The translations under genes and the position numbers were made by a program. 64,000 nucleotides of DNA, taken from Utricularia gibba (lineage: Eukaryota; Plantae; Magnoliophyta). Of the stretch, positions 1 to 13,100 are shown piece by piece. Numbering within the stretch: the stretch's first letter is position 1; every line of letters starts with the position of its first letter. The DNA is taken from positions 1,302,001 to 1,366,000 of the forward strand of contig NEEC01000007.1 of assembly GCA_002189035.1 (NCBI GenBank), given 5' to 3'. The notes below the pieces were generated by a model that had not been told where the DNA came from, searched no databases, and saw only the letters and a list, made by a program, of their open reading frames with translations.

Positions 1-3000
1 CATTTTGTCTAAATTTACTGAAGGCATTGGTGGAACGGTGTTCTGATTCAATAGCTGGGGTTAGAGCTAGAGCTATGACAAAATTGTCTAACATAGTTGT
101 TTCCTTTTCTGAGTGTGATGGGAGCAAACACTTCTTGAGAGATGTACTAGGACTTGGTCATCCAGGTAGCTGTGGGATTTATAAGGTCCTCAAACAGAGA
201 TGCATGGATAAGAAAGCCGTTGTCCGAAGGGCAGCTCTTTTATTGATATCCAAGCTTTCAGCATTTTTAGGAGCTGAACAAGACAGAGAACTCATAAAGA
301 CAATCGGTATGGCTTGTTCTGATCCGCTTGTTAGTATCAGGAAGGCAGCAATATCAGCCTTGTCAGAGGTTAAACTCTTTTCTTTTTTTGTTCATTACCA
401 AGGCTTTCTACAGACACCTTAAAGTTAGAATGCATTCAAGAATCTTTTTTTTTTACTATGTGAAGGCATTCCTAAGGCTTCAATTTGTTGCTTGCAGCTA
501 ACCATTCACAAATGTGACTGTTTCATGTATAGGCCTTCAAGAAAAGCTCAAGCCACTTTGTGATCAAAGAGTGGCTACATTCTGTTCCACGTTTAATAGT
601 TGACAACGAAACAAGCGTACAAGATGAATGTCAGACATTATTCTTGGAGTTGGTTCTCAATCGAGTGACGAATATGGGAATGCAGCTTTCACCAGATTCC
701 CACTCATTGCATGATCTCAGTGTGGATGACCAGGGAGTTTTGGAAATTCTGAAGGAGTTGCGTGATGGGGAAGTATCTCCATGGGTAAAGAAAATATGTT
801 CCAGCCTTGGGAAACTGAAAAAGCTCCGGAGCACGATTGTTACAGCACTTCAGAATATCATCAGAATGTCAGAATCCCAATGGTCGAAATCCTCACATCC
901 TAGAGACAAATGGACAGCTCCACCCGGTACTTGGTTTTTGTTGTCTGAGGCGTCTGCATTTCTACAGAAATCTGTAAGCTGGGAGTTCCTTCATCATCAT
1001 TGGCAGCTTCTTGACAAGCATAAAGCAAAGAAAAAACTTCATAAGCCCACCGAGCACATGACTGAGGACGAATACATGGTTGATGAGCAAGCTGGCTTTG
1101 TTGATTGGATGCAAGACAGGGTGTTTCTCTTGCAGACAATTTGTAATACCTCATTGGAAATGCCTCCAGAACCTGCAGCTGATCTAGCACAATGCTTCCT
1201 TATGCATTTAGAGGGATTTGATATGCATTCAACAGAGGTAAGTTGACGAGATGGGAAATATCACTCTACTTTTGCTGAATCTCTGTTGCACTTTTTTGTT
1301 TGTGCACTTCCTTCTTCAAATAACTGGATTTCATTCAAGTCCAAGATACAGGGTCATTAGAATTGATTTCTTTGATTGTGCTTTCACAAGGTTGATGCTC
1401 ACATCAAAGCACTTAAAACACTGTGCAAGAGGAAGGCTTTGAATGAGGAGGAAGCTGATTCACTGGTGAACAGATGGGTGAAACAGCTCCTGAATAAAGC
1501 ATCCTCAGTTGTCGAATCATTCCTTTCGATGATTTCATCCGCTGACAAGGAGAAGATTTTTCGCATGCCTCAGCCTGCTGAAAATTATAGGGAAAACAGA
1601 GGAGCCGAGTCCAATTCGAAGTTACTACTCAAAGCTGCAGTGGCTGTTTATACCATTGGATCACTGGTGCTTGTTTGCCCTTCAGCAAACTTAAAAGCTG
1701 TTGTTCCATCTGTTCATGCTATCGTCACTTCCGGGAGTTCACACCTGAAGTCCAGCAAACTTCCTGTGCCTCAAGTTTCATTGAAGAACACTGCTTTATC
1801 TGTGTACATAAATGCCTGGCTTACATTAGGAAAGATTTGCCTTGCAGATTCTGGACTTGCAAAGCGCTACCTTCCTCTGTTTTTGCAGGTATTGAATTGG
1901 CATCTTACTATCGATCAGTCTCAAAGCTAGTGCTACAATAATGGTTGCTGTGTATCAAATATTGAGAAGATTGTTGTGGTTTCATGTAACAATACCTTAT
2001 TTCTTGAGCAGGAACTCGAAAAGAGTGACTGTGCTGCAGTTCGGAATAACATTGTGGTTGTGATGGCAGATTTCTGCGTACGATACACTGCAATGGTGGA
2101 CAGGTGAGACATGCTAAACATTCAGTTTAACTGTTCTTGGAGGCTACATGCTTTCAGAGACTCTTGACTGTTGTGCTGCAATGAAACAGTTACATCCCAA
2201 AGATCACCAAGTATCTGTGTGATCCATGCGAGCTCGTTCGAAGGCAGACATTCATACTGTTGTCCAGGCTTCTACAACGTGACTATGTGAAGTGGAGAGG
2301 AGTACTTTTTCTGCGCTTTCTACCATGTTTAGTTGATGACTCGCAGAAAATCAGGCAACTGGCTGACTACCTCTTTGGCCACATCTTAAAAGGTTGCTTT
2401 TTTAGAATAATGTGCTGCTTCTCCTTCCTTGTCTTAACACTGGAATCTCAAACACAGTCAAGGCCCCCTTTTAGCATACAATAGCTTCGTTGAAGCGATT
2501 TTCGTGTTGAATGACTACAACCCACGAACGGGATGTGGCAACTCTAGCAGCTCCCGTGATGAAAACCATCTGTTCTCTATCAGGTAGCCGTATTTTGTTG
2601 CATCAAGTATCCATCTTCTTCTTTCATCCCAGGCTCTTCCCTTGTGGATGACACAGTGCATGAGCTTCAAGCTTTGTTTTTGTAGAGGGAGCGATGATGA
2701 ATCACGGTCTCAGAGGAGGTACATCTATGAGACTCTGCTAAAACAAATGGCCCCGGAGCATCTCCTCGCCACGTTCGCAAAGGTCTGCGCTGAAATCCTC
2801 GCAGCTGCCTCTGAAGGACTGCTTTCGATCGACGACGCAGCTGGCCACTCAGTTCTCCAGGTACTGCTTACAACCTGATCGCTCAGGATAACCAAGCATG
2901 GCTCTTGTTCTTGTTTATTCATTCCTCTGGAACACAGGACGCCTTCTCCGTCCTTTCGTGCAAAGAAATCCGAATCCAAACAAACCATGGATCATCTTAT

Positions 3001-3615
3001 GATTCAGTGGATCCTGAGGACGACGGTGTTGAAGCTACTCCAGCCCCTCAGACTGCTGCATCGAAGGGAAGAGCCGTCACCCAAGCCCTTAGGAAAGGGC
3101 TGATCCAAAGCTCTATCCCCACTTTCATTGAGCTGAAGCGGCTGCTGGAGAGCAAAAACAGTCCACTGATGGGATCGCTAATGGATTGTCTCAGGATCCT
3201 GCTCAAGGATTACAAGAACGAGATAGAAGACATGCTGGTTGCTGATAAACAGCTTCACAGGGAACTCATTCACGACATGGACAAATACGAAGCCATGAAG
3301 GCTAGGAATGCTGCTGTGGCATTCGCGCGTCGATCAGGAGCTTATTCGACGCCCCGTCCGAGGAACAGGCAAACTAACGAGAATGGCCTTCCAGAAAACG
3401 ACCCGAGAGTGAGGTCGGCTATGGCAGACGCCGTCGCCGCAAGTGTTGCCAAGTCGGTGCTTCGACAGGCGAACAACAACCTATCATCGCCTCTCAGTGC
3501 GATTAGTATACCGAAGCTTAAGTCGACGGCGGTGAGACCAACCGGAGGAGTAGCCGGAAAAGCAGGTGTTCCGGTAGAGGTGATTGAGTCACTACGGCGA
3601 CCGCAACTCTTCTGA
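1..3615 (+). CDS. CAP-D3: Condensin II subunit CAP-D3 (HEAT-repeat protein), 5' partial
   Basis: Exons joined in frame via GT-AG sites: ..368, 533-1237, 1391-1888, 2012-2103, 2190-2392, 2458-2583, 2685-2860, 2938-3615 (TGA). Motifs such as GKICLADSGLAKRYLPLFLQELE, VRNNIVVVMADFCVRYTAMVD and RDYVKWRG match Cnd1-type condensin subunits. Confidence 0.9.
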
Positions 3616-3940
3616 CATGGCCGATGAGAATTGCAAGTACGTGCTCACGCTACCAGAACAGGGGTTGATATGTGAATTTGGGCATTTTCCGGGTTCGTGT
3701 GTAAATTTATTATTATTATTTATTAATATTATCTCTCCATAGGTATAATCGATTTTATTTTTAATTATAAATAACAACTGTGAGAGAATGTTTTCAAATT
3801 TGAAAGCCATTTCTCTCCTCCAGCTAAAAACTCTAGTTGGAGGAGACGAATCTTTGTATCGACGGTGAAAAGTATTTACCAGCCGCTTGGGTTGCGAAAA
3901 GATCCTTTTTTTGAGGGGAGTTCATACTTTGATCTGCGAA

Positions 3941-5143
3941 ATGAGTGATGATGTGAAGAGGGGCTCAAAAGGGGGACCAGCGATGTCGCCACTTTCGGCC
4001 TCTGGAGAAGATCGCAGGCCTCCCTCTATCTCCGTTCCGGGTAAAAAACTTACTATAAAGAGCGCTGATATGGAGGGCGGCATGCAGAAAGAAGCAATTG
4101 AAATCGCCATTGCTGTAATTTCTATCTTCCAATCTCATTTCATTCTATGAAGGAAAAATCGTTTCTTTTGTGTTGCTGCTGTTTGTTACTCATGTTACAA
4201 CTGTAATGTTTTAGGCGTTTGAGAAGCATAGCGTAGACAAGGATGTGGCTGAGCACATAAAGAAGATGTTTGATGATAAATACGGGACCACTTGGCATTG
4301 CATTGTGGGAAAGAACTTCGGTAATCAGACTCTGATTCCAAGATTTGCTTCGGATGAATGTTTTCTTTAACGGGCGTGTTCTGTGTGATGGATTTTTTAT
4401 GGCATATTCATCAAATTTCTTGCATTACTTGAAGAAGGTGTGTTAGAGATCAAGCCTACTTGCATGAGTAATCAACTGGGTTCATTTTTTATGGTTAATT
4501 GTTTTTTGTTCTGGTTTCATTTTTTTTTTTTTTTTTGTAAGATGTTGTTGAAGTATATCACATAATCTTACCTCTGCCTGGATTTCGTAATAATGAAATG
4601 TCTGACCTTCTGCGTGAGTTTCTCCTGGGTAAAGAGTGAAGAGTTAGATTTACTTCAGGGTGCGTCGATTAGAAAGACTAGTGAGTTTTTGCAAGTACTA
4701 AATTACTAGCTGATGATCTTAGAAAGCATATCGAATCGCGTACCATTCATTGAATGACTAGGCAGCGTGGGTTCTTAAGTGTCTCAATGTCTATAGATAA
4801 GCTATCTTTACATACGATGTTTCATTGCAACTTCTGTCTTAGGCATCTTACTCAAGGCCCCATGGGTTCTGAGAGTTTTGAGCGTCTGATGTTTGTCATA
4901 TCATCTATCTGAACATCTAATGTTTCATTGCAACTTCTGTCCTAAGCACAACATGATTTTTGAAACATCAGCTGTCTGAGCATTTCATCTTTAATTGTGT
5001 TCTGGTGTTGTATTTCATTGCAACTTCTGTCTTAAGCATCCTACATGAATGAATGCGCAGGCTCTTACGTGACTCATGAGACAAATCACTTTGTCTACTT
5101 CTATTTGGAGAACAAGGCAGTCCTCCTCTTCAAATCTGGTTAA
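3941..5143 (+). CDS. Dynein light chain LC8/DLC1 family protein
   Basis: Exons 3941-4114, 4215-4320, 5061-5143. They give [44 protein letters not shown] and VLLFKSG*, the LC8 signature. Confidence 0.93.
4817..5040 (+). repeat. Three degenerate direct repeats (about 30 bp, core TTTCATTGCAACTTCTGTC) in DLC intron 2
   Basis: Identical 19-bp core at 4820-4838, 4923-4941 and 5013-5031; periods 103 and 90 bp. Confidence 0.85.
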
Positions 5144-5678
5144 GGCAGTCCTCCCCTTGTGACAGCATCCCCTTCTCCAACCCAATCTTTGTAAGATTTT
5201 GAGACCTGATTGTATAACAGCGGTTTGAACCCCAAGTCTTCTGCAGATTTTGAGATATTGTTCTCTTTTCAAACTAGACTTGTGATCTTCAATTTCCCAA
5301 TTCGAGATCATCACAATAACAAAAAGGGCTGAATATGATTCAGGGTTATGTCATATTAGGGTTGTTCTAATTTGAGCAACATTACTCATTAAAACAATTT
5401 GTTTCTGCATTATCAGCATCAGACTTTGGATTATTGTAATGAAGGGTGCGCAGCGGAGATTTCCGGAATCCGACCCAACGGAGCCACGTCTACTGCAAAA
5501 CCCGCGTTTAGGGATTGGGCCTGGGACGAGGGTTTCGTGGTTGATAATTTTCAGAGTCTGAATCGCAAGAAAATCTTTGACGGAGGAGAAGAAGTGTATC
5601 CGTTTTCTGGGTTCCATCCCATTTCTACGAAGCGTATCAGGTAAAAAAGTTCGTCTTGATTTTGATAAAATCAAGGAC

Positions 5679-6431
5679 ATGGCTTCACAGGCGGCGAGCA
5701 CCAGTATCATCGGAGACGGCATTGTGCCGAAAACCGTTCTGATAACGGGGGTTAGTCGGGGTTTAGGCAGAGCCCTAGCATTGGAATTGGCCAAGCGAGG
5801 TCACACTATCGTCGGCTGCTCGCGCTCCGCCGAAAAGCTGCAATCCTTGCAATCGGAACTCACAGCGGTCTCTGAAAACAAGAGCAATGCCCACAAACAC
5901 CTCATCATGAACGCTGACGTGAAATCCAATAGCAGCGTTGAGGAGCTGGCCCGCGCCGTGGTCGAAAAGAAGGCCATTCCTGATATTTTGGTGAACAACG
6001 CAGGGACAATAAACAGAAACAACACCATCTGGGAGGTCCCTGTGGATGAGTTTGACAATGTCATTGACACCAACGTCAAAGGTATAGCGAATGTGCTCCG
6101 GCACTTCATTCCCCTTATGATTGCAAGTAAGCGTGGAGGAATCATTGTCAACACATCTTCTGGATGGGGGAGGTCTGGGGCTGCGCAGGTGGCTCCTTAT
6201 TGTGCTTCCAAATGGGCTGTTGAGGGCTTGACTAGAGCTGTAGCCAAAGAGTTGCCTCCCGGGGTCGCCATTGTTGCTGTTAGCCCCGGTGTGGTGAACA
6301 CTGATATGCTCCAGTCCTGTTTTGGAAGCTCAGCCGCTATGTACTCCACTCCTGAATCATGGGCTCCAAGAGCAGCCACTTTGATTCTCCATTTGACCAG
6401 TGCAGACAATGGTGCATCTCTCACTGTGTGA
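5679..6431 (+). CDS. Short-chain dehydrogenase/reductase, NADPH-dependent pterin aldehyde reductase-like (intronless)
   Basis: ITGVSRGLG (TGxxxGxG), NNAG, YCASK (YxxxK) and VSPGVVNTDML motifs. The C-terminal WAPRAATLILHLTSADNGASLTV resembles the plant folate-salvage reductase as I recall it. First ATG is at 5679. Confidence 0.85.
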   Translation: MASQAASTSIIGDGIVPKTVLITGVSRGLGRALALELAKRGHTIVGCSRSAEKLQSLQSELTAVSENKSNAHKHLIMNADVKSNSSVEELARAVVEKKAIPDILVNNAGTINRNNTIWEVPVDEFDNVIDTNVKGIANVLRHFIPLMIASKRGGIIVNTSSGWGRSGAAQVAPYCASKWAVEGLTRAVAKELPPGVAIVAVSPGVVNTDMLQSCFGSSAAMYSTPESWAPRAATLILHLTSADNGASLTV

Positions 6432-6457
6432 TGTTACAAGCTGTTGTTTGTAGCCGT

Positions 6458-6615
6458 AGCTTACTCTGAGCATTGCTAGTTGGCATAGTTGCATTTCATG
6501 ATGTTTGCATCTTCTTGTGGCGGAGATGGCTGTGGAAAGCTTACTCTGAGCACTGTTAGTTGGCATAGTTGCATTTCATGATGGTTGCATCTTCTTGTGT
6601 CGGAGATGGCAGTGG
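6458..6615 (+). repeat. Two-copy 80-bp tandem duplication downstream of the SDR stop
   Basis: AGCTTACTCTGAGCA...GGAGATGGC starts at 6458 and again at 6538, with a few substitutions. Confidence 0.9.
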
Positions 6616-6882
6616 TTCCCCTTCCAGAACTCTACATTGCATGCATTTATTCAGTAGGTAGGTCATCTTCTTCCTGATGATCTGATATCACATGAGAGAA
6701 AACTGCTTGGTTTCCTTCTCCAGGTGTTGTCTGGACGAGTCTGTTGTGTAGCTTACGGTGCAACCGCGAGCATATTATAATGAAAAGGGGAAATTCTTTT
6801 TTTTTTTATTTTAGGGTTGAAATGGATAGTTCAATTTAATTTTGGTTTTAATGTGTATAATATGTATGTCGATTTGCCAAGT

Positions 6883-8654
6883 CTAAACCAAGCCAGGAGT
6901 GTAGGGGACGCTGCTGTTCTTCACCCAGCCGTCGGTGAGGTAGATTTTCTCGGCGGTGAAGCTGGCGGCGATTTCCGGCGTGATCTTCTGAATGCCCTTC
7001 CACGTTACGCGCTGCGAGGTATCTGATCCCGGCCCGCGGTTCTGGTGCTCGCCGTAGTACAATGTGTCGAGTGCGTAGGTGCCCATCCAGGGTGACCAAC
7101 CGGCGGGATCGATGATGCCGTCGATGAAGGTGTTCATAATGAGGGTTCTTGAGTATTCCTTCCAAGGTCGACCGAGAAACGCGTCGATCTTAGGTATGAC
7201 GGCGGTGAATCCGGGCTCCGGGACGATTTCGCTGTCCTGGATGACGGTCACGCCGGTGCTGCGGGGGTCCTTACGGCCTTGGGCGGTGACCATGCAACTC
7301 TGGTCAATATCTGGCTTGCGGACGATGAATTTGCATTTCTGGAACATGGCGGTCGCGTCGCCGAATACGAAGTCGATTGTGCCGGAGATGGTGCAGTTGC
7401 GGTAGAATTGGCGGTAGCTATGGGCATACAGGGTGTCTTGGTAACCGTCCATTATGACGTTGTAGAAGATGGCTCTGTCACCGGATACCCGAACTGCGAC
7501 GGCTTGGTGTTTTGCTGCCCCGGCTGTGTTCTCGAAGGCGATATCCTTGGCCATGAAGCCGTCGCTGTTCACAGCTGTGGAAATAAAAATGTCATCTGAT
7601 CCAGGGGATTCCAAATGTTCAACAAAATGCGTGAAAGAAGCTGGAACTCGCCTAGAACAGCGGTGTGAAAGGTTTCGATTCCGTCTGCGTAATTTTTGTT
7701 GTCCACAACTCTCGTTTTTGTTGGGCCATCACCATAGATGATGACATTGTTGACCTTGCGTTTGATGACAACAGTTTCCTTGTAGATACCAGCCTTGACG
7801 TAAATCACAAAGGTTGCGTTGCTCTTCTTCGGCAGGGTGCCGATGGCTTCTCCGATTGTCTTGAATTGCCCACTTCCGTCTTGGGCTACGGTGACATTCG
7901 GTTTCAGGGTATTGATATTGACGGACATGAGCTTCCTGTTGGCAATCTTGGCGAAGGCGGTAGCCTGATCAATGGCTTCTTCCATGAGTTTCCTGCCGGT
8001 GATGCTTCCTAGCTGTAAAGATGAAAAGATGGTGGAGAAATCGGTGACCATAGCCAAGCCATTGCTCATCATTTCAGACGTTGTGTTGAGCAATTTCTTC
8101 ATCTTTTCTCCTGTGTCTCCTGTGGTATTCTGCACTGCATCAATGCAAGCTTCCTTGTTGGCAATGGCGCCACTGAGCCAAATCTTGAGATCGTTAATGT
8201 AGTCATTCATGTCTTTCACATTGAAAGTGTTGACCTTGTCGAACGATCTCTGCAGATCATCGATGGAGTTGTCGAGAACCTCATCGCAGACCTCGAGAGC
8301 ACCTTTCGTCCTCTTATCAGCTGCGGCTTCCTTGTAAAAGGTAGAGTTAGCGATCGCTTCTCTGATATCTGTCACTGTGTTGTGAAATGCCAACTTGATC
8401 AACTCTTTGGGGTCGGTGCTGTTAGCTCCGGCGAGACTCTTCTCGCACGTTTCTCTGTAATCTGTCGGGGAACATATCGACTTCACCGCCTTGGTGTTAG
8501 CGGTGACGCCGCTGCTGACAGAACCGGCTGCATCCGAGCTGCCACCACCACTGCCCTTATTGTTCACACCTACAGCAACGGCAACCACCATTGCCACCAG
8601 CAAAATTGAGGCTACGCCGGTGACGGCGAGCTTTTTTTGGGAATCAAGCCCCAT
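6883..8654 (-). CDS. Pectinesterase with N-terminal PMEI pro-domain and membrane anchor
   Basis: Exons 8654-7652 and 7574-6883. Hydrophobic N-terminal anchor, PMEI (WLSGAI), two RKLM processing motifs, and GIYKE, QAVA, YQDTLY, DFVFG and LGRPW catalytic-domain motifs. Confidence 0.95.
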
Positions 8655-9623
8655 TCCTGTTTTTCGGAGTCTTTCTTCTTGTTTCCCGTACAGGGGTTAT
8701 TTGTTTCTTGGATAAAGACTTGTTTTCAGGATTGAAAGATGAAGAATTAAAAGATGAAGGCTCATTTTCCGGCCAGATCTTTGCGGTTCTTCTCTTGTTT
8801 GCACGGCAACGCAAAGAGAGTTTCCCGGAAATCTAGAGGCAGAGGCCATGCCAGAAAAAAGACCACAACATTTCCCTGGTACGTGTGAAAAAAAAAAAAA
8901 ATCATGTTCTTGAATCATTAAACTGCAGTACTCTACTCTGAACTGAGTCCTGTCCAGACAATGATCCCCAAAAATCTGAATTGCTTGACGACTACCGATT
9001 GATCTCTGTTTACTTCAATTGTCCCAGTTTATGTTCCAAGGATCGCAACACAAGAAAAGAAAGGCTTTTTTAGCAGAGAAGAAAAAAAGCCTCATCTCTG
9101 GTAAGCATCATTCCACTTGTTCCCTTCGTCATCCGCTCTTTCATGTCGTTGTAGTTATATTCAATTCATGTTCATATTCTTCCCCCCCCTCCCCACAGAG
9201 AGGTTCCCAATACAGGAGCCGAGCACCTTCCATCAAGAACAAGCTTCTGCTCCTTTCTTCTACTAAATCTCTCCCTCTACCGTGTTAACTGAAATGATGT
9301 AATCCACCTTGGAATTATGAAACAGGTGCGAGGTGATATGCAATGGCTGTTCAAATAGGAACCCGAGAGCCATTCCTGGAGTTCTCCAGTTGCTGTTCTC
9401 CTTTAATATCAGCAACAGACGTTCACCATCCCCCTGTATGTATGTATGTATCTTGGGATGCGGAGTCCGGTACCGGTAGTTAAGTAGCCCTCCCTGGTGC
9501 TTGTTGAATGAAGGAAGCATGGCTTGGCTACAAGGCTTACGTAAACCGGGTTGGGTTGGGTTCATGTTCTCGACCGGACGTTTTCGGCTTTTCGCTCCGG
9601 TTTGTTATTTTGCATTAACACGA

Positions 9624-9727
9624 GGCCCAATTAGTCAAAGTTTCAGTCTTCAGTGTGCACAAAGTAATAGCCCAAATTCATTAAGCCCATTCGTTAACAA
9701 TGCTTGGTCCAATAGTGGTCATGGGCC
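9624..9727 (+). promoter_or_regulatory. Cluster of site II (TGGGCY/RGCCCA) elements upstream of WDR43/UTP5
   Basis: GGCCCA at 9624, AGCCCA at 9669 and 9684, TGGGCC at 9722. Site II elements are typical of plant ribosome-biogenesis promoters. Confidence 0.5.
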
Positions 9728-10117
9728 AGAGGATCATCACCTTCTTCATTCCCTCGAGAGTCGCCGCCGGTTCTGCAGCTACCGGTGGTATAGTTCCTGA
9801 AACTTTTCCCCCGTTTTATTGAATGATTTTGCTCGGCGATTGAATTTTTTTCATCAGGTACTACACAATGTCCTACTCGGTCGAAAACTGTTTCTTCTTT
9901 TGGTCTAGTTTGTTGTGATATTTTATGAGGTAGGTTAAGCTAAGGTAGATCAAGTTCCCTCTTTTTTTTGTTTTTATAGAAAAGCCACATAAGTTGGCGA
10001 AGCAAGAAGCAAAAGGATCGGGAAGACTGTGTTGTGTTGTGTTGTCGCTTGCAGCTTTAGCACGTTCTAAAGTTTTTGGTTGGGGTGCTTCGTTCATTCT
10101 TACTGGAGGAAGGGAAA

Positions 10118-13100
10118 ATGGCCCCGTCGAGTATAAGGGATGTTCTGGTATCGTTCAGTCCTTCACTGGACTTGTTTGCCATCACTGTTGGCGATGGGCG
10201 AATAAAGGTGTGCCCCTTGCTGCCATCTGTGGGATTTTTGTTTTACTACTAGTGTTATGTACTTAGTTCTTACGTTTCCATTGATGGATCACGCTGTTGT
10301 CTCACAAAGTATAACACCAGCCTCCCCATCTTACTGGCTTGATACTTGGCAATGTTTGCCGAACTTGTTTTGCAACGAAACGCAGGCTCACACATGTTCA
10401 TTTTTGTTACATTTTTGCATCTTTGGTATTAGAATGACAAAGATTACTTGCCTCAATTTAGATTTGGAATCTTCATCATTGTTTCATGCTCTAGATTTGT
10501 GATATTGTGATCTTTGTTAAGTGTTTCCGTAGATTTGGCGTTTTAGGTTTCTTGAGTTCTCTAGGAGAATTTAAAACATACTTCAAGTTAGGACTGTAAG
10601 GAGCAAAATGTTGTTCCAGCATATGATAATGCCAATTTTCAGGTTTGGAACACGGGGAAAGGTCACCTTCAAACTGAATTTTCGGATTTTTCTACAACAG
10701 AGAAGACCAACAGATTGGCGAAGGCAGATGGTCACCTTTCACTAGATTACACCTGTATGAAGTGGTTTTACTTGGACAAAACGGTTAGGCCAAGTACACT
10801 CTTTGAATTCCTTTGGTTTCATAATTTTTTTAAATTATCAGTTTCTTGAAGGTTACTTTATTCATTCGACCAGAAAAAAAGGAAGCTTGGAAGTTCCATT
10901 TTGGTGTTAGGAACACGTGGTGGTGATGTTCTTGCATTGGATGTAAGTGCAGGCCAATTGAAATGGAGGATTAATGACTGCCATCCTGGGTAACTACCTT
11001 GCTTATAATCTGTTCGTTATTTTTGTTTCATGAAGATTTTACAACGCTGCCTAGTAAAACTAATAATTAGTTTGCCTGATGCATGTCTAGGGGCGTCACT
11101 GCGGTTTCATTTCATGTAAAGAGTTCAAATGTTTATACAGCTGGTGCAGATGGAGTAGTATGTGAAATTAATTCAATCTCTGGAAAGTTGTTAAACAAGT
11201 TTCATGCTACTTCCAAGTCAATTTCGTCTCTGGCCATTTCACCTGGTACTTGAATCTCCTTGTGAGAAATCCTCTTTATCTGCATTTTGAGAGGCTTCTT
11301 ATTTCTTTTACTGCTTCCTGTCATCTATTTGAATTGTTCTTTTAACAAGAGGTATAGTTAGAAATCCTTTGTCATCACCTCTGTTTTGTTGCACATCTCT
11401 AAATTTCAGATGGGGAAACAATTGCCACTGCTACATCCCAGCTGAGGATTTTTAATTGCTCGAGCCACCAAAAGTTGCAGAAGTTTTCTGGTCATCCTGT
11501 GGGTTTTCATAAGCCTCATGTTACCTGATAATCACTTTGATTGTTCTCTTTCTTCGTTGTTAACAAATTTTTAAGAAATCTACAGGAACCAGTGAGATGC
11601 ATGGTTTTCTCTGAAGATGGTAAATATGTGCTCTCTGCTGCGCTGAATGAACGCTATGTAGCAATATGGAAAATTGATGGCTGCAAAAACAGGCAGGCTA
11701 TTGCTATACTTCCCATGGACCATCCTGCCGTATTTCTAGATATCAAGAGTAGCGACAGTGGAGACAGTGGAGATGATCCTGCTCTCTCTGTTCTTGCTGT
11801 ATCAGAAACTGGTGTTGGATATTTTTGGCATGGAAAGAATATGGATGCATTGCGTAATTGCAAACCCACAAAAATTTATGTTCCTGCTGACGATAAGACT
11901 CTAGAGAAGCACAAAGGGGCAGCTCCTTGTGTATTTTTGGCGAAATTGCAGAACGTAGTTGATCTCGCAACTGGACACATTTTTCTTGCTTATGGTCTGC
12001 TCATTAAACCCACGTTTGCAAAAGTTGTGGTTCATTCTGGTAAAGATGTTGCTTTGAGCATTTCTCGAGATGGCATCCTCTTACCCACCAGTCAACCAGA
12101 CAAGCCCAAAAAATCATCAAATGTCTCAAGTCAATGTAGGTTATCCTGCTCTTGTTCCATTTCAATCTTGATTCGTTATATATGTAATGATGCCTTGTAA
12201 TAAAATCACTCTGATGATTGCTTACAGTTACCGCTCTGGATCATTCTAATATGGAGGTTGGTCTGCTTCCAGTACCCAGGATATTAAATCCAATCGATGG
12301 AAAGAGTGATGCTATTCCCATGGAATCCAAGAGTATGCTTACCTGTTTATTTTCTTCTTAGGTTCTAAGTGAAGCTTAAGTCTGCATGGAATAGAAGAGA
12401 GGTTCTTGTTATGATATTCCTTTTTCTGTGGATTTTTCTCTTTTGATTTTTTCGTGTCTCATATTAGAAAACATTGAATTGGACTTCGCTTCCTTCTCTG
12501 TGGAGGAACGGTTGAGATCCTTGGGGATGCTTAGCAGTAGCAATGACACAACGGCCTCAACGGTGGACTCCAAATTGTTGAAGGGCGTGACTCTGGATGC
12601 AACCACTCCACATAGAAAGGTTCTTTCCTATTCAAATTGCAAATTTTCTGTTATCATTTCAAAGAGAAAAAGTTCGCGAGTTTTGGTAACAATGTAGGTG
12701 AAGGCGACCATCGTTTCCATGGAACCTGAGGATGCTTTGAATCTTTTGAAAGTCTTGATCAAAGCTTGGCTAACTAGGTTGTTTTATAGAAATCCAAATT
12801 CTAGATTTGAATTTATTTGGACTGTTGTTCCATGCGAAGAACCAAGGGAAACAACGAATCAACTTTGGATTAAGAAGCTTTTCTGCATTTTTTTTTATTA
12901 TAAGGGTGAATTTCATGAAGGTTGATTTCTCTTCTCTTGTTCACCTTTCCAGATCTTATGATGCTGAAATTGTGCTTCCATGGATATATTCCCTACTGTT
13001 GCATCACAGGGATTATGTCAAGTCCAACGATCCGAAACTTCTTGACTCGTTATACAAGGTAGTTCAACAGCTTGGTCACTGTTCTCACCTGCTGATTCCT

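Noticed and set aside
4817-5040. Repeat-spacer-repeat pattern resembling a CRISPR array
   Set aside because: It lies in a eukaryotic intron, has only three copies with partly similar 60-70 bp spacers, and no cas genes are present.
5577-5678. N-terminal extension of the SDR ORF
   Set aside because: It begins at TTG; the first ATG (5679) matches the expected start.
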